From: Flavobacterium sp.
GTDB lineage: Bacteria; Bacteroidota; Bacteroidia; Flavobacteriales; Flavobacteriaceae
DNA: 64,000 nt
NCBI RefSeq assembly: GCF_049240005.1
Contig: NZ_JBMLTK010000028.1
Span: 8,773 to 72,772, forward strand
Direction of reading: 5' to 3'
Position 1 is the first letter of the stretch; each line of letters begins with the position of its first letter. Positions 43,716 to 52,828 of this stretch are shown one piece after another. Made by a program: the position numbers and the translations under genes. The notes below the pieces were generated by a model that did not search any database, was not told where the DNA came from, and saw nothing but the letters and a program-made list of their open reading frames with translations.

Positions 43716-43840
43716 GGCGGATACAATTTGAAAGGCGTAAAGTGTAAAAATAGTGATTTCTTCGAACTAAATCAACGCGCTTTTTTGAGCATTCGTAACT
43801 AAAATTTGTGCATTTTTGGCAATCGCTAATGCTAACTCAT

Positions 43841-44452
43841 ATGAAGATTATTTGCGTAGGAAGAAATTACGCCGATCACATTGCCGAGCTTAAAAACGAG
43901 ACACCTACCGATCCCGTTTTGTTTTTGAAGCCCGACAGCGCACTCATTCTAAAACAACATCCGTTTGTGATTCCTGAATTTTCATCCGAAATTCATCATG
44001 AAATAGAACTAGTGGTCAAAATCAATAAAGTTGGAAAGTACATCGAACCGCAATTTGCATCGAAATACTACAACGAAATTACTGTTGGCATCGACTTTAC
44101 AGCGCGCGATCTACAACAAAAACTTAAAGATAAAGGACTTCCTTGGGAAAAAGCCAAAGCTTTCGACGGCTCTGCACTTGTCGGTAATTTTCTGCCTGTC
44201 AGCGACTTCGATTCGCTTGAAAATCTTAATTTCGAACTTCGAAAAAACAACCAAAGCGTTCAAGTCGGAAATTCGGCGTTAATGCTAACTAAAATAGATG
44301 ATTTAATTGCCTACATTTCTACGTTCTTTACCTTAAAAATAGGCGACCTTATCTTTACCGGAACTCCAGCCGGCGTAGGTAAAGTCGAAGAAAACGACGT
44401 TCTAGAAGGCTATCTTGAAAACCAAAAACTATTTCGATTACAAATTAAATAA
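43841..44452 (+). CDS. fumarylacetoacetate hydrolase-family protein
   Basis: MKIICVGRNYADHIAE, HHEIELVV, GDLIFTGTPAGVG. Start at ATG 43841. Confidence 0.85.
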   Translation: MKIICVGRNYADHIAELKNETPTDPVLFLKPDSALILKQHPFVIPEFSSEIHHEIELVVKINKVGKYIEPQFASKYYNEITVGIDFTARDLQQKLKDKGLPWEKAKAFDGSALVGNFLPVSDFDSLENLNFELRKNNQSVQVGNSALMLTKIDDLIAYISTFFTLKIGDLIFTGTPAGVGKVEENDVLEGYLENQKLFRLQIK

Positions 44453-44796
44453 TGGCACTACACTATAACCTAGCAAAAGTTTATGCAATTTCTGAAAACG
44501 ACGATGAGTTCGCCAAGCAAATTGCCACACTTTTCGTAACCGAAGTTCCACAAGAAATGGAACTCGTGAAAACAGGAATCGAAACGAAAAAGTACGATCA
44601 AACGCACGCCGCAGCTCATAAAATCAAGCCAACACTCGATTTGCTCGGAATGGATAACGCCTATGAAGAAGTGAAACTCATCGAAGCATGGGCCAAACGA
44701 AAAGGCAAACGCAGAGAGATTAAAGACACCTTCAAGGATTTATCCGTACGTGTAGACAAGGCCGTTCGCGAAATCATGAAAGACTTTTCGCTATAA
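44452..44796 (+). CDS. stand-alone HPt (histidine phosphotransfer) domain protein
   Basis: 114 aa. [16 protein letters not shown] matches the HPt H-x-x-K-G/P pattern. The ATG overlaps the upstream TAA by 1 nt. Confidence 0.65.
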   Translation: MALHYNLAKVYAISENDDEFAKQIATLFVTEVPQEMELVKTGIETKKYDQTHAAAHKIKPTLDLLGMDNAYEEVKLIEAWAKRKGKRREIKDTFKDLSVRVDKAVREIMKDFSL

Positions 44797-44812
44797 GCAA
44801 CATATAAAACTA

Positions 44813-46063
44813 ATGAAAGCAGCAATTCTGACTATTGGCGACGAAATTCTCATCGGACAAATTGTCGATACCAACTCTTCGTTTATCGCAAAAGAACTCG
44901 ATAAAATTGGCATCGCAACCCTAGAAATGCGCTCCATTTCCGACGACCGTCAGCACATCCTTGCCACCTTTCAAGAACTGCAAAATCAATTCGATTTAGT
45001 AGTAATAACCGGCGGTTTAGGACCAACAAAAGACGATATCACCAAAAAAACCATCGCCGAGTATTTTAACGATACACTCGTTGAAAACACAGCCGTTTTA
45101 GAACACGTGCGTAAGATGTTGGAAAAGTATTTCAACCGACCGCTCTCGCAACTCAATAAAGATCAGGCGCTTGTTCCTACGCAAGCAACTATTTTGTTTA
45201 ACGACTACGGAACAGCTCCCGGCATGTGGTTGCAAAAAGAAAATACCGTTTTTGTTTCCTTACCTGGCGTTCCATACGAAATGAAACATCTCGTAAAAGA
45301 CCGTCTTATCCCGCTTTTGGTTGAAAAATACGACCGTCCGTTTATCGTGCACCAAACAATTATGACCTACGGGCAAGGGGAAAGCCTCATTGCCGAACGC
45401 ATCGCGCACTGGGAAGATGCCTTACCCGAATTCGTTAAATTAGCGTATTTGCCGAGTCCTGGTCGTGTGCGTTTACGACTCACAGCACGCGGCAGCAACG
45501 AACAGCTGCTTAAAGACGCCGTGAAAGCGCAGGTCGATTTACTCCAAGAAATCATTGGCGACATTATCGTTGGCACCGAAGAAACCGATTCGATCGAAGT
45601 AGTTGTAGGTCGTAAATTAACTCAGGCCAAACGAAGCATAGCTACTGCCGAAAGCTGTACCGGCGGAAAAATCGCGCAGGTGCTCAGCAGTGTGGCGGGA
45701 GCTTCGCAGTACTTTTACGGCAGTATGGTTACCTATCGTACCGAATCGAAAACCGAATTGCTGGGCATTTCAAAACAAACCTTAAGTGAATTTGGTGTCG
45801 TTAGTGCCGAAACAGCGAAGCAAATGGCAAAGGCAGTTCAGGCGAAATTCGGAACCGATTTTGCATTGGCAACTACCGGAAATGCAGGTCCGAGCGCCGG
45901 CGACGAGCGGCAGCCTGCAGGTAAAGTTTTTATCGGGCTGGCCACGCCAAATGCAGTAGAAGCATTCGAGTTCGACTTCGGGCAACCGCGCGAAAAAGTC
46001 ATCGATAGAGCGGTCGCAAAAGCACTCGAATTACTTCAAAAAGAAATTTTAAAATTTTTGTAA
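44813..46063 (+). CDS. cinA: competence/damage-inducible protein CinA (MoCF-binding + PncC-like deamidase domains)
   Basis: [36 protein letters not shown], and a C-terminal ATAESCTGG. Confidence 0.9.
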   Translation: MKAAILTIGDEILIGQIVDTNSSFIAKELDKIGIATLEMRSISDDRQHILATFQELQNQFDLVVITGGLGPTKDDITKKTIAEYFNDTLVENTAVLEHVRKMLEKYFNRPLSQLNKDQALVPTQATILFNDYGTAPGMWLQKENTVFVSLPGVPYEMKHLVKDRLIPLLVEKYDRPFIVHQTIMTYGQGESLIAERIAHWEDALPEFVKLAYLPSPGRVRLRLTARGSNEQLLKDAVKAQVDLLQEIIGDIIVGTEETDSIEVVVGRKLTQAKRSIATAESCTGGKIAQVLSSVAGASQYFYGSMVTYRTESKTELLGISKQTLSEFGVVSAETAKQMAKAVQAKFGTDFALATTGNAGPSAGDERQPAGKVFIGLATPNAVEAFEFDFGQPREKVIDRAVAKALELLQKEILKFL

Positions 46064-46138
46064 TTATAATTTTGCTGTAAGGTTTCTTTTCACTTACTTT
46101 GCACGCTCAATTTGAATAACGAATTAAAGATTACGATA

Positions 46139-46375
46139 ATGTCAAGAGTTTGCGACTTAACGGGTAAAAGAGCGATGGTTGGTAACAACGTATCGCATGC
46201 GATGAACAAGACGAAAAGAAAATTTTCGGTTAACTTGATTAAGAAACGTTTCTATTCTGTAGAAGAAGGACGTTGGATTACGCTGCGTGTTGCCGCTTCT
46301 ACCATCAAAACCATCAACAAGAAAGGTTTCGAGGCTGTTGTGAAGCAAGCTCAGAAAGACGGTTTTATCGGTTAA
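46139..46375 (+). CDS. rpmB: 50S ribosomal protein L28
   Basis: [29 protein letters not shown]. Start at ATG 46139. Confidence 0.9.
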   Translation: MSRVCDLTGKRAMVGNNVSHAMNKTKRKFSVNLIKKRFYSVEEGRWITLRVAASTIKTINKKGFEAVVKQAQKDGFIG

Positions 46376-46393
46376 TCCTAAAAAATACGCACA

Positions 46394-46576
46394 ATGGCAA
46401 AGAAAGGTAACAGAATTCAGGTAATTTTAGAGTGTACAGAGCACAAGACATCTGGTGTTCCAGGTACATCTCGTTATATCACAACAAAAAACAAAAAGAA
46501 CACGCCCGATCGTATGGAGATTAAAAAATTCAACCCGATCTTGAAGCGCGTAACTGTTCACAAAGAAATCAAGTAA
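46394..46576 (+). CDS. rpmG: 50S ribosomal protein L33
   Basis: [18 protein letters not shown]...[21 protein letters not shown]. Confidence 0.9.
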   Translation: MAKKGNRIQVILECTEHKTSGVPGTSRYITTKNKKNTPDRMEIKKFNPILKRVTVHKEIK

Positions 46577-46588
46577 TTTTAGGAACTC

Positions 46589-46741
46589 ATGGCAAAGAAA
46601 ACCGTAGCAACGTTACAAACACAATCAAAAAGATTGTCAAAAGCTATCAAAATGGTGAAATCTCCTAAAACCGGAGCGTACGTGTTCGTTGAGGCTATCA
46701 TGACTCCCGAGCAAGTAGACGAGTTTTTGAAAAAGAAATAA
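46589..46741 (+). CDS. DUF4295-like small basic protein
   Basis: Not in the ORF track (50 aa). Manual translation gives MAKKTVATLQTQSKRLSKAIKMVKSPKTGAYVFVEAIMTPEQVDEFLKKK. Its position after rpmG is conserved in Bacteroidota. Confidence 0.7.
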   Translation: MAKKTVATLQTQSKRLSKAIKMVKSPKTGAYVFVEAIMTPEQVDEFLKKK

Positions 46742-46759
46742 TCACAACTTGACCAGCAT

Positions 46760-46792
46760 AAGCCGCTTTCTCATGGAAGGCGGCTTTTTTAT
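46760..46792 (+). terminator. terminator-like hairpin after the rpmB-rpmG-DUF4295 unit
   Basis: aagccgc-tttctcatggaag-gcggctt followed by ttttattt. Confidence 0.5.
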
Positions 46793-46817
46793 TTATCTTT
46801 GTTTTTTAGAAGCTTTT

Positions 46818-46890
46818 TCCCGCTTTTCACTCCAATCTTTTTTGCGGCTTAAGCCGAACCGCAAAAAAGGATTTCCGTTGCAATCGGGGC
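46818..46890 (+). repeat. GC-rich structured intergenic repeat (family copy G3, short form)
   Basis: tcccgcttttcactccaatc - cttttttgcgg..ccgcaaaaaag (11-bp perfect stem) - ggatttccgttgcaatcgggg. Confidence 0.5.
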
Positions 46891-46920
46891 TAGGGCATTC
46901 GTTACCAAAATAGTACACAC

Positions 46921-47874
46921 ATGAATTTCTTCAAGAAAATCTTCTCTTCCGAAAAAAAAGAAACACTCGATAAAGGACTCGAAAAAACCAAAACCAGCTT
47001 CTTCGGAAAGCTCACCAAAGCTATTGCCGGAAAATCTAAAGTCGACGATGAGGTACTCGATAATCTCGAAGAAATCCTAATCAGTTCCGACGTAGGTGTA
47101 AATACGACCATCAAAATCATCGAACGAATCGAAAAACGCGTGGCCGCCGATAAATACCTCGGAACCGCCGAACTTAACCAGATTCTTCGCGATGAAATTT
47201 CGGCCCTTTTAGCCGAAACCAACTCCGGAAACGAAACCGATTTTAGCATCCCGACCGGTAAAAAACCATACGTAATTATGGTTGTGGGTGTAAACGGTGT
47301 CGGAAAAACCACCACTATTGGCAAACTTGCATCGCAATTAAAGGCGGCAGGCTATTCGGTAGTGCTCGGAGCGGCCGATACCTTTCGCGCAGCTGCCATC
47401 GATCAGTTACAAATTTGGGCCGATCGGGTAGGAGTGCCGTTGGTCAAACAAAATATGGGCAGCGATCCGGCTTCTGTAGCTTTCGATACGCTAACATCTG
47501 CCGTAGCTCAAAACGCCGACGTCGTAATCATCGATACCGCTGGTCGTTTGCACAATAAGGTAAACCTCATGAACGAACTTTCGAAGGTAAAGCGCGTGAT
47601 GCAAAAAGTAGTTTCCGATGCACCACACGACGTCATGCTCGTACTCGATGGTTCAACCGGACAAAACGCTTTCGAACAAGCCAAACAATTCACCGCAGCT
47701 ACCGAAGTTACCTCGCTTGCGGTCACCAAACTCGATGGAACGGCAAAAGGCGGCGTGGTTATTGGTATCTCCGACCAGTTTCAAATTCCCGTGCGTTACA
47801 TCGGCGTTGGCGAAGGCATCAACGATTTGCAAGTATTCAACAAATTCGAATTTGTAGATTCGTTTTTTAAGTAG
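46921..47874 (+). CDS. ftsY: signal recognition particle receptor FtsY
   Basis: GVNGVGKTTTIGKLA, DTAGR, TKLDGTAKGG. Confidence 0.9.
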   Translation: MNFFKKIFSSEKKETLDKGLEKTKTSFFGKLTKAIAGKSKVDDEVLDNLEEILISSDVGVNTTIKIIERIEKRVAADKYLGTAELNQILRDEISALLAETNSGNETDFSIPTGKKPYVIMVVGVNGVGKTTTIGKLASQLKAAGYSVVLGAADTFRAAAIDQLQIWADRVGVPLVKQNMGSDPASVAFDTLTSAVAQNADVVIIDTAGRLHNKVNLMNELSKVKRVMQKVVSDAPHDVMLVLDGSTGQNAFEQAKQFTAATEVTSLAVTKLDGTAKGGVVIGISDQFQIPVRYIGVGEGINDLQVFNKFEFVDSFFK

Positions 47875-48221
47875 TCGTTACTCCGCTACTTGCATGAAAT
47901 CAGCTCGAATTTATTTATAAGTCAATTTTTGGAGTACTGAATGGATTTTAAATCATAAGATTTTACTACATCTTGGGTTCGATATTGCTTTATCAAAAGT
48001 AATTAGTATGTTATAAGACTATTATTTATCGGATTAAAAGTCCCTAAAATATGTTAACTGTAAAATCTAAGTTGGGCAGTAAACTCTTTGAAATTATTAA
48101 GTTAAGTGCTAGTTGTTTTAATATCTCCCTCTTCTTTTTTTGTGTGTTTTTTTCCTTTCAAGTCCTTGTTAACGAGTTGTTAAGCGCTCAAAATCCCAAG
48201 CAAAAGCAGTATAATTGCGCT

Positions 48222-49493
48222 ATGAAATTTAAGTTCACTAAACTCAATATCATTATTGTTGCCGGCTTTTGTGCCATCATAGGTATTTTGATTGCCCAAA
48301 TTTTATGGACGCGTGAAGCCTTCGATCTGGAAGAAAAAAAGTTCAGCGGAAACGTGCGTTTGGCTTTACTCGAAGTGGTTAAGAGTTTGTACGAAGGCAC
48401 TAACCACGAGCTTCCGCCGGTAAATCCGGTTCGTAAAATGGCAAACGATTATTTCGTGGTTAATGTTGAAAACGACTTTGAACCGCAAGTTTTGGAGTTT
48501 TATCTGAAAAAAGAACTTCAGAAATTTGGCATTCAAACCAATTTCGAATACGCTCTATACAACTGTGAAAGCGATAAGATGGTGTACGGCGATTTCGTTC
48601 AATTGAGCGATCACGCGCCCGAAACGGCTCACCAAATCGAATTTCCAAAACACAAATCGTTCGTTTACTATTTCGCCATTCGGTTTCCAGAACAAACCAG
48701 CTACTTACTCGGCAATTTTAAGGTGTGGATTTTCGCAACCGCCGCTTTAGTGCTCATACTGCTCATTTATTTGTATTCGGTAATTATGTTGCTGCAGCAG
48801 AAACGGTACGGCGAATTACAGCGTGATTTTATCAATAACATGACGCACGAGTTTAAAACGCCGCTTTCATCTATTTTGCTTGCTTCCAATTACTTGGAAA
48901 AGAAAACGCAAAGTCCGGAACACCAAAAGTTAAATGCTTACAGTAAGATTATTGTCGACCAAAGTTTACAACTCAACAAGCACATCGAAAATTTGCTTAC
49001 CATGGCCAAATCGGAGCACGGCGGCATGCAAATTTGTGTAGAGCGCATTCGATTTACCGATTTACTCAATGAAGTGGAAGGCAATTTGCGTTTGAAAGTT
49101 CCCGATTTGGTAATCAAACGGTTATTTGACGCCGATTTCGAGCTTGTAGCCGATCCGTTTCACTTTAAGAATGTTGTTTTTAACATCATTGATAATTCCA
49201 TTAAATACTGCAATCAAAGTCCGGAAATTTCGATTGCTGTTGAAGAAAGCGCTTCGGCCATTTTACTCCGCTTTGGCGATAACGGTATTGGTGTACAAAC
49301 AAAAGCCCTACCACATGTTTTCGATAAGTTTTTCCGCGAAAATACCGGCAAACGCAACGAAGTTCGCGGTTTTGGTTTAGGTTTGCATTATGTGAAGCGC
49401 GTGGCAAATTTGCACAAATGGAAGATTACAGCTTTGCACAACAAGCCATCAGGTTTAATTATTCAGTTTGAAATGAAGAAGCATGAAAGCTAG
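48222..49493 (+). CDS. sensor histidine kinase
   Basis: Two TM helices, H-box NMTHEFKTPL, N-box IDNSIKYC, and G-boxes GDNGIG and GFGLGL. Start at ATG 48222. Confidence 0.85.
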   Translation: MKFKFTKLNIIIVAGFCAIIGILIAQILWTREAFDLEEKKFSGNVRLALLEVVKSLYEGTNHELPPVNPVRKMANDYFVVNVENDFEPQVLEFYLKKELQKFGIQTNFEYALYNCESDKMVYGDFVQLSDHAPETAHQIEFPKHKSFVYYFAIRFPEQTSYLLGNFKVWIFATAALVLILLIYLYSVIMLLQQKRYGELQRDFINNMTHEFKTPLSSILLASNYLEKKTQSPEHQKLNAYSKIIVDQSLQLNKHIENLLTMAKSEHGGMQICVERIRFTDLLNEVEGNLRLKVPDLVIKRLFDADFELVADPFHFKNVVFNIIDNSIKYCNQSPEISIAVEESASAILLRFGDNGIGVQTKALPHVFDKFFRENTGKRNEVRGFGLGLHYVKRVANLHKWKITALHNKPSGLIIQFEMKKHES

Positions 49494-50163
49494 AATTTTA
49501 TACGCAGAAGACGACGCAACTTTGGCATTTCTAACCCAGGAAAATCTCGAGGAAAACGGTTTTGAAGTGCATCATTGTACCGATGGTGAACAGGCGATCG
49601 CGGCATTTAAAAACGAAAAGTTCGATTTGTGTGTGCTCGATATTATGATGCCAAAATTTGATGGCTTTGAAGTTGCAACGGAAATTCGCAAGCAAAATAC
49701 CGAAGTTCCAATCATTTTTCTTTCGGCGAAAACCTTGAAGGAAGATCGGATTCGCGGTTTGAAACTCGGCGCCGACGATTATTTGGTAAAACCCTTTTCA
49801 ATTGAAGAACTCTTATTGAAACTGGAGGTTTTTTTGAAACGATCTGGAAAAACGACTGCACAAGAAAGTTTTGAGATTTTTGGAGATTTTCGTTTCAATA
49901 AAGAAAACTATGAAGTTGTCGGACCCAACGGCAACACGCTACTTACCGAGCGCGAAGCGGCCTTGCTAACCTTGTTTTTAAAGAATAAAAATGCCGTTTT
50001 GAAAAGAGAAACGATTTTGGTTGAAATTTGGGGTACAAACGATTACTTTTTGGGAAGAAGTTTGGATGTTTTTGTTTCGCGTTTACGCAAAATTTTTCAA
50101 AGTGATGAAAAAGTTAAAATTGAGAACTTACACGGAATTGGATTTAAATTTGTCGTTAAATAA
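49483..50163 (+). CDS. OmpR-family response regulator
   Basis: AEDDATLA, phospho-acceptor context LCVLDIMMP, KP in YLVKPF, and a winged-helix C-terminus. There is an 11-nt overlap with the kinase gene. Confidence 0.9.
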   Translation: MKARILYAEDDATLAFLTQENLEENGFEVHHCTDGEQAIAAFKNEKFDLCVLDIMMPKFDGFEVATEIRKQNTEVPIIFLSAKTLKEDRIRGLKLGADDYLVKPFSIEELLLKLEVFLKRSGKTTAQESFEIFGDFRFNKENYEVVGPNGNTLLTEREAALLTLFLKNKNAVLKRETILVEIWGTNDYFLGRSLDVFVSRLRKIFQSDEKVKIENLHGIGFKFVVK

Positions 50164-50169
50164 TTAATT

Positions 50170-50562
50170 ATGAAACAATTAATTTTGATTTGCTGCTTTG
50201 TTTTTAGCCTTTCGGCGATGGGCCAGATGCGCCAAGGAATGGGTATGGGACGCGGGAACGGTATGGGAATGGCGCCAACGCCACCAAGAGAAACTAAGAA
50301 AGTAGATATGCTCGAAGAATCATTGAAAGAGCTTACCAAAGAAATAAAATTAGACGATTTTCAGGCGGCTATTATTCGCGGTTACCTCGTTGATTTCAAG
50401 GCTAAAGTTGATGCCATTGTAGCTACCGATGCACCTGACGAAGGCAAAATGGAAAAAATTGAAGTGGAGCGACTCAAGTTTGAAGAGCAGCTAAAACCCA
50501 TTCTCAATCCAAATCAAGTAGAATTGTTTGAAAAGTATAGAAAAAAGAAAAACAAGCGTTAA
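50170..50562 (+). CDS. secreted protein with a Met/Gly-rich N-terminal stretch
   Basis: Signal peptide MKQLILICCFVFSLSAMG, then QMRQGMGMGRGNGMGMAP, then a helical region containing LNPNQVELFEKY. Confidence 0.6.
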   Translation: MKQLILICCFVFSLSAMGQMRQGMGMGRGNGMGMAPTPPRETKKVDMLEESLKELTKEIKLDDFQAAIIRGYLVDFKAKVDAIVATDAPDEGKMEKIEVERLKFEEQLKPILNPNQVELFEKYRKKKNKR

Positions 50563-52772
50563 ACAAGCAAAAGTCCGCTGTTCCTAGCTAATTGAAACGG
50601 TTTTGTTTTTGTAAACTCGTTGAAATTGAGACCGCTTTTCAAAGCTATTTTTTCAGCATTAGCCACAGTGAATTTCTGACCACCATTCAGAAACTGCGCA
50701 GCTAATTTCGTGATCTCAAGCAAGAATTGTAAAAATTCAATTTCAGCCTTTATACGAATCTCTCCTCGTTTGGTAAGATAAACTAATTCCGAAACTGTGA
50801 ATTCACGGCCCTTCTTTTGAACCGTCTTTTCGTTAAGAATGGGTATGGTTCCAAGAAAAACGATTTGTTTGTGGGCATTTAATTCCAAATTTCGTTCGTT
50901 TTCTAAAATAGAAACAATATAGTTTTTTGGAATTGTTGTTTTAGGAATTTTAAAATCAAACCAATCATGCAGCGGAATATCAAAGCCAACGCCGTGCATG
51001 TAATTGTACAACGAGTGCTTTAATCCGCCCGAAAAAATACTGTGATCAATGCCCGTTTTATCAGTAAATTCTAAATCATTTAAAGCAAATTGGTGTGTGG
51101 TTTCTTTAATTTTCACACCGTATTCTTCGGGCTTTTTAGCGATCGGAGCATGCGCAGTTAACGCAAACTGATGCCAAAAACCCGATTGTATCACTCCCGA
51201 TTCAAACAGCTGACGTGTCATTTCCAAACTATCAACGGTTTCTTGAACGGTTTGTGTCGGATACCCATACATCAAATAAGCATGAACTAAAATACCAGCT
51301 TCTGTAAACGAACGTGTTACCTGAGCTACTTGAGCTACCGTAACTCCTTTATCTATGAGTTTTAACAATCGGTCGGAAGCCACTTCTAAACCACCTGAAA
51401 CCGCAATGCATCCCGACGCAGCGAGTAGTTGACAAAGATCGTCGGTAAAATTTCTTTCAAAACGGATATTCGCCCACCAGGTAATTACGAGCTTTCGCCG
51501 AAGAACTTCCAAAGCAAACGCTTTCATTAGCGAAGGTGGAGCAGCTTCGTCAACAAAATGAAAACCAGTTTCGCCGGTTGCTGCAATTAATGTTTCTACG
51601 CGGTCGCACAAAAGCTTCGCAGTAGCGGGTTCGTAAATGCCAATGTAATCTAACGAGATGTCGCAAAACGTACATTTTCCCCAATAGCAGCCGTGCGCCA
51701 TCGTGAGTTTATTCCACCGACCGTCGCTCCATAACTTGTGCATCGGATTGGCCAAGGTAATAAGCGACATGTAATCGTCTAATTTTAAGTCGCTGTAATC
51801 GGGCGTTCCGAGTTGGTTTTGTTTAAAATCGGGAATCAGACTGTTGTTTACGTAACGTACTTCGTTGCTTTCGCAGAAAAAACTGCGTTTGTAAGTATCG
51901 AATTTGTTGTCTCGAATGTTGTGAATGAGTTGTAAAATCGGTGCTTCGCCGTCGTCGAGTGTGATAAAATCGATGAATTCGAACACACGTGGATCGGAAA
52001 CCGACCGCAATTCGGTGTTCGCAAATCCGCCGCCCAGTGCAATTTTAGCATTCGGAACTCGTTTTTTCGCATGTTGCGCAATTCGAAATGCGCTGTACAA
52101 ATTTCCTGGAAACGGCACCGTGAGTAATATCAATTCGGTATTTGGGGGCAGTTCGAGTTTATCGATTTCAGAAAAAAGCAGTGCATCAGTAAATGTCGGT
52201 TCCTGTTGCAAAGCTACGTATAGGTCGTCGAACGAATTTGCACTTCGCCCCAAACGTTCGGCGTAACGTGTAAATCCGAAATGCGAATCAACATTCACGC
52301 CGATGTAGTATTCTAAATCTTCCAGAAATCGCGTTGCTAGATATTTTGCTTTATCGGTAATTCCCAAACTGCCAAAACTAAATTCCAAATCGGTATCGTC
52401 TTGCGTTCGCTGGGCATCCGGCAAAATTCCGTTAACAATTTGGTTGGCAAAAGTTTGATTCTTTCCCTGTAAAAAACGCACAACTGGATCCACGTACTGG
52501 ATGTACTGTTCTTTAAGTTGCGAAATTCGCTCGGAAACGACATCTGGGGCAACTGCTTTTCCATTCACGTAAGTGGAAGAAAAAACAGCTTCTAAACCCG
52601 CTTTCGACAAAATACGAGCGGCAACTTGTAATCCTAAATCGGCTTGAAACGACTCAATACCCTGCGTATTTAAAAAGCCCTTAATGTATGCCGTGGCCGG
52701 ATATGGCGTATTGAGTTGGGTAAATGGCGGTATAAAAAGTACGACTGACAAGCGTTGCGGATTTGCGTGCAA
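50559..52772 (-). CDS. B12-binding-domain radical SAM protein
   Basis: 737 aa. The N-terminus VVLFIPPFTQLNTPYPATAYIKGFL is of the B12-binding-like type. CxxxCxxC cluster in GCYWGKCTFCD. Start uncertain (apparent TTG start). Confidence 0.85.
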   Translation of the reverse strand: MHANPQRLSVVLFIPPFTQLNTPYPATAYIKGFLNTQGIESFQADLGLQVAARILSKAGLEAVFSSTYVNGKAVAPDVVSERISQLKEQYIQYVDPVVRFLQGKNQTFANQIVNGILPDAQRTQDDTDLEFSFGSLGITDKAKYLATRFLEDLEYYIGVNVDSHFGFTRYAERLGRSANSFDDLYVALQQEPTFTDALLFSEIDKLELPPNTELILLTVPFPGNLYSAFRIAQHAKKRVPNAKIALGGGFANTELRSVSDPRVFEFIDFITLDDGEAPILQLIHNIRDNKFDTYKRSFFCESNEVRYVNNSLIPDFKQNQLGTPDYSDLKLDDYMSLITLANPMHKLWSDGRWNKLTMAHGCYWGKCTFCDISLDYIGIYEPATAKLLCDRVETLIAATGETGFHFVDEAAPPSLMKAFALEVLRRKLVITWWANIRFERNFTDDLCQLLAASGCIAVSGGLEVASDRLLKLIDKGVTVAQVAQVTRSFTEAGILVHAYLMYGYPTQTVQETVDSLEMTRQLFESGVIQSGFWHQFALTAHAPIAKKPEEYGVKIKETTHQFALNDLEFTDKTGIDHSIFSGGLKHSLYNYMHGVGFDIPLHDWFDFKIPKTTIPKNYIVSILENERNLELNAHKQIVFLGTIPILNEKTVQKKGREFTVSELVYLTKRGEIRIKAEIEFLQFLLEITKLAAQFLNGGQKFTVANAEKIALKSGLNFNEFTKTKPFQLARNSGLLLV

Positions 52773-52828
52773 AGTTATGTAATTACCATGCTACAACCAG
52801 CCACTCAATTTGCGTAACTTTGCCTGAT

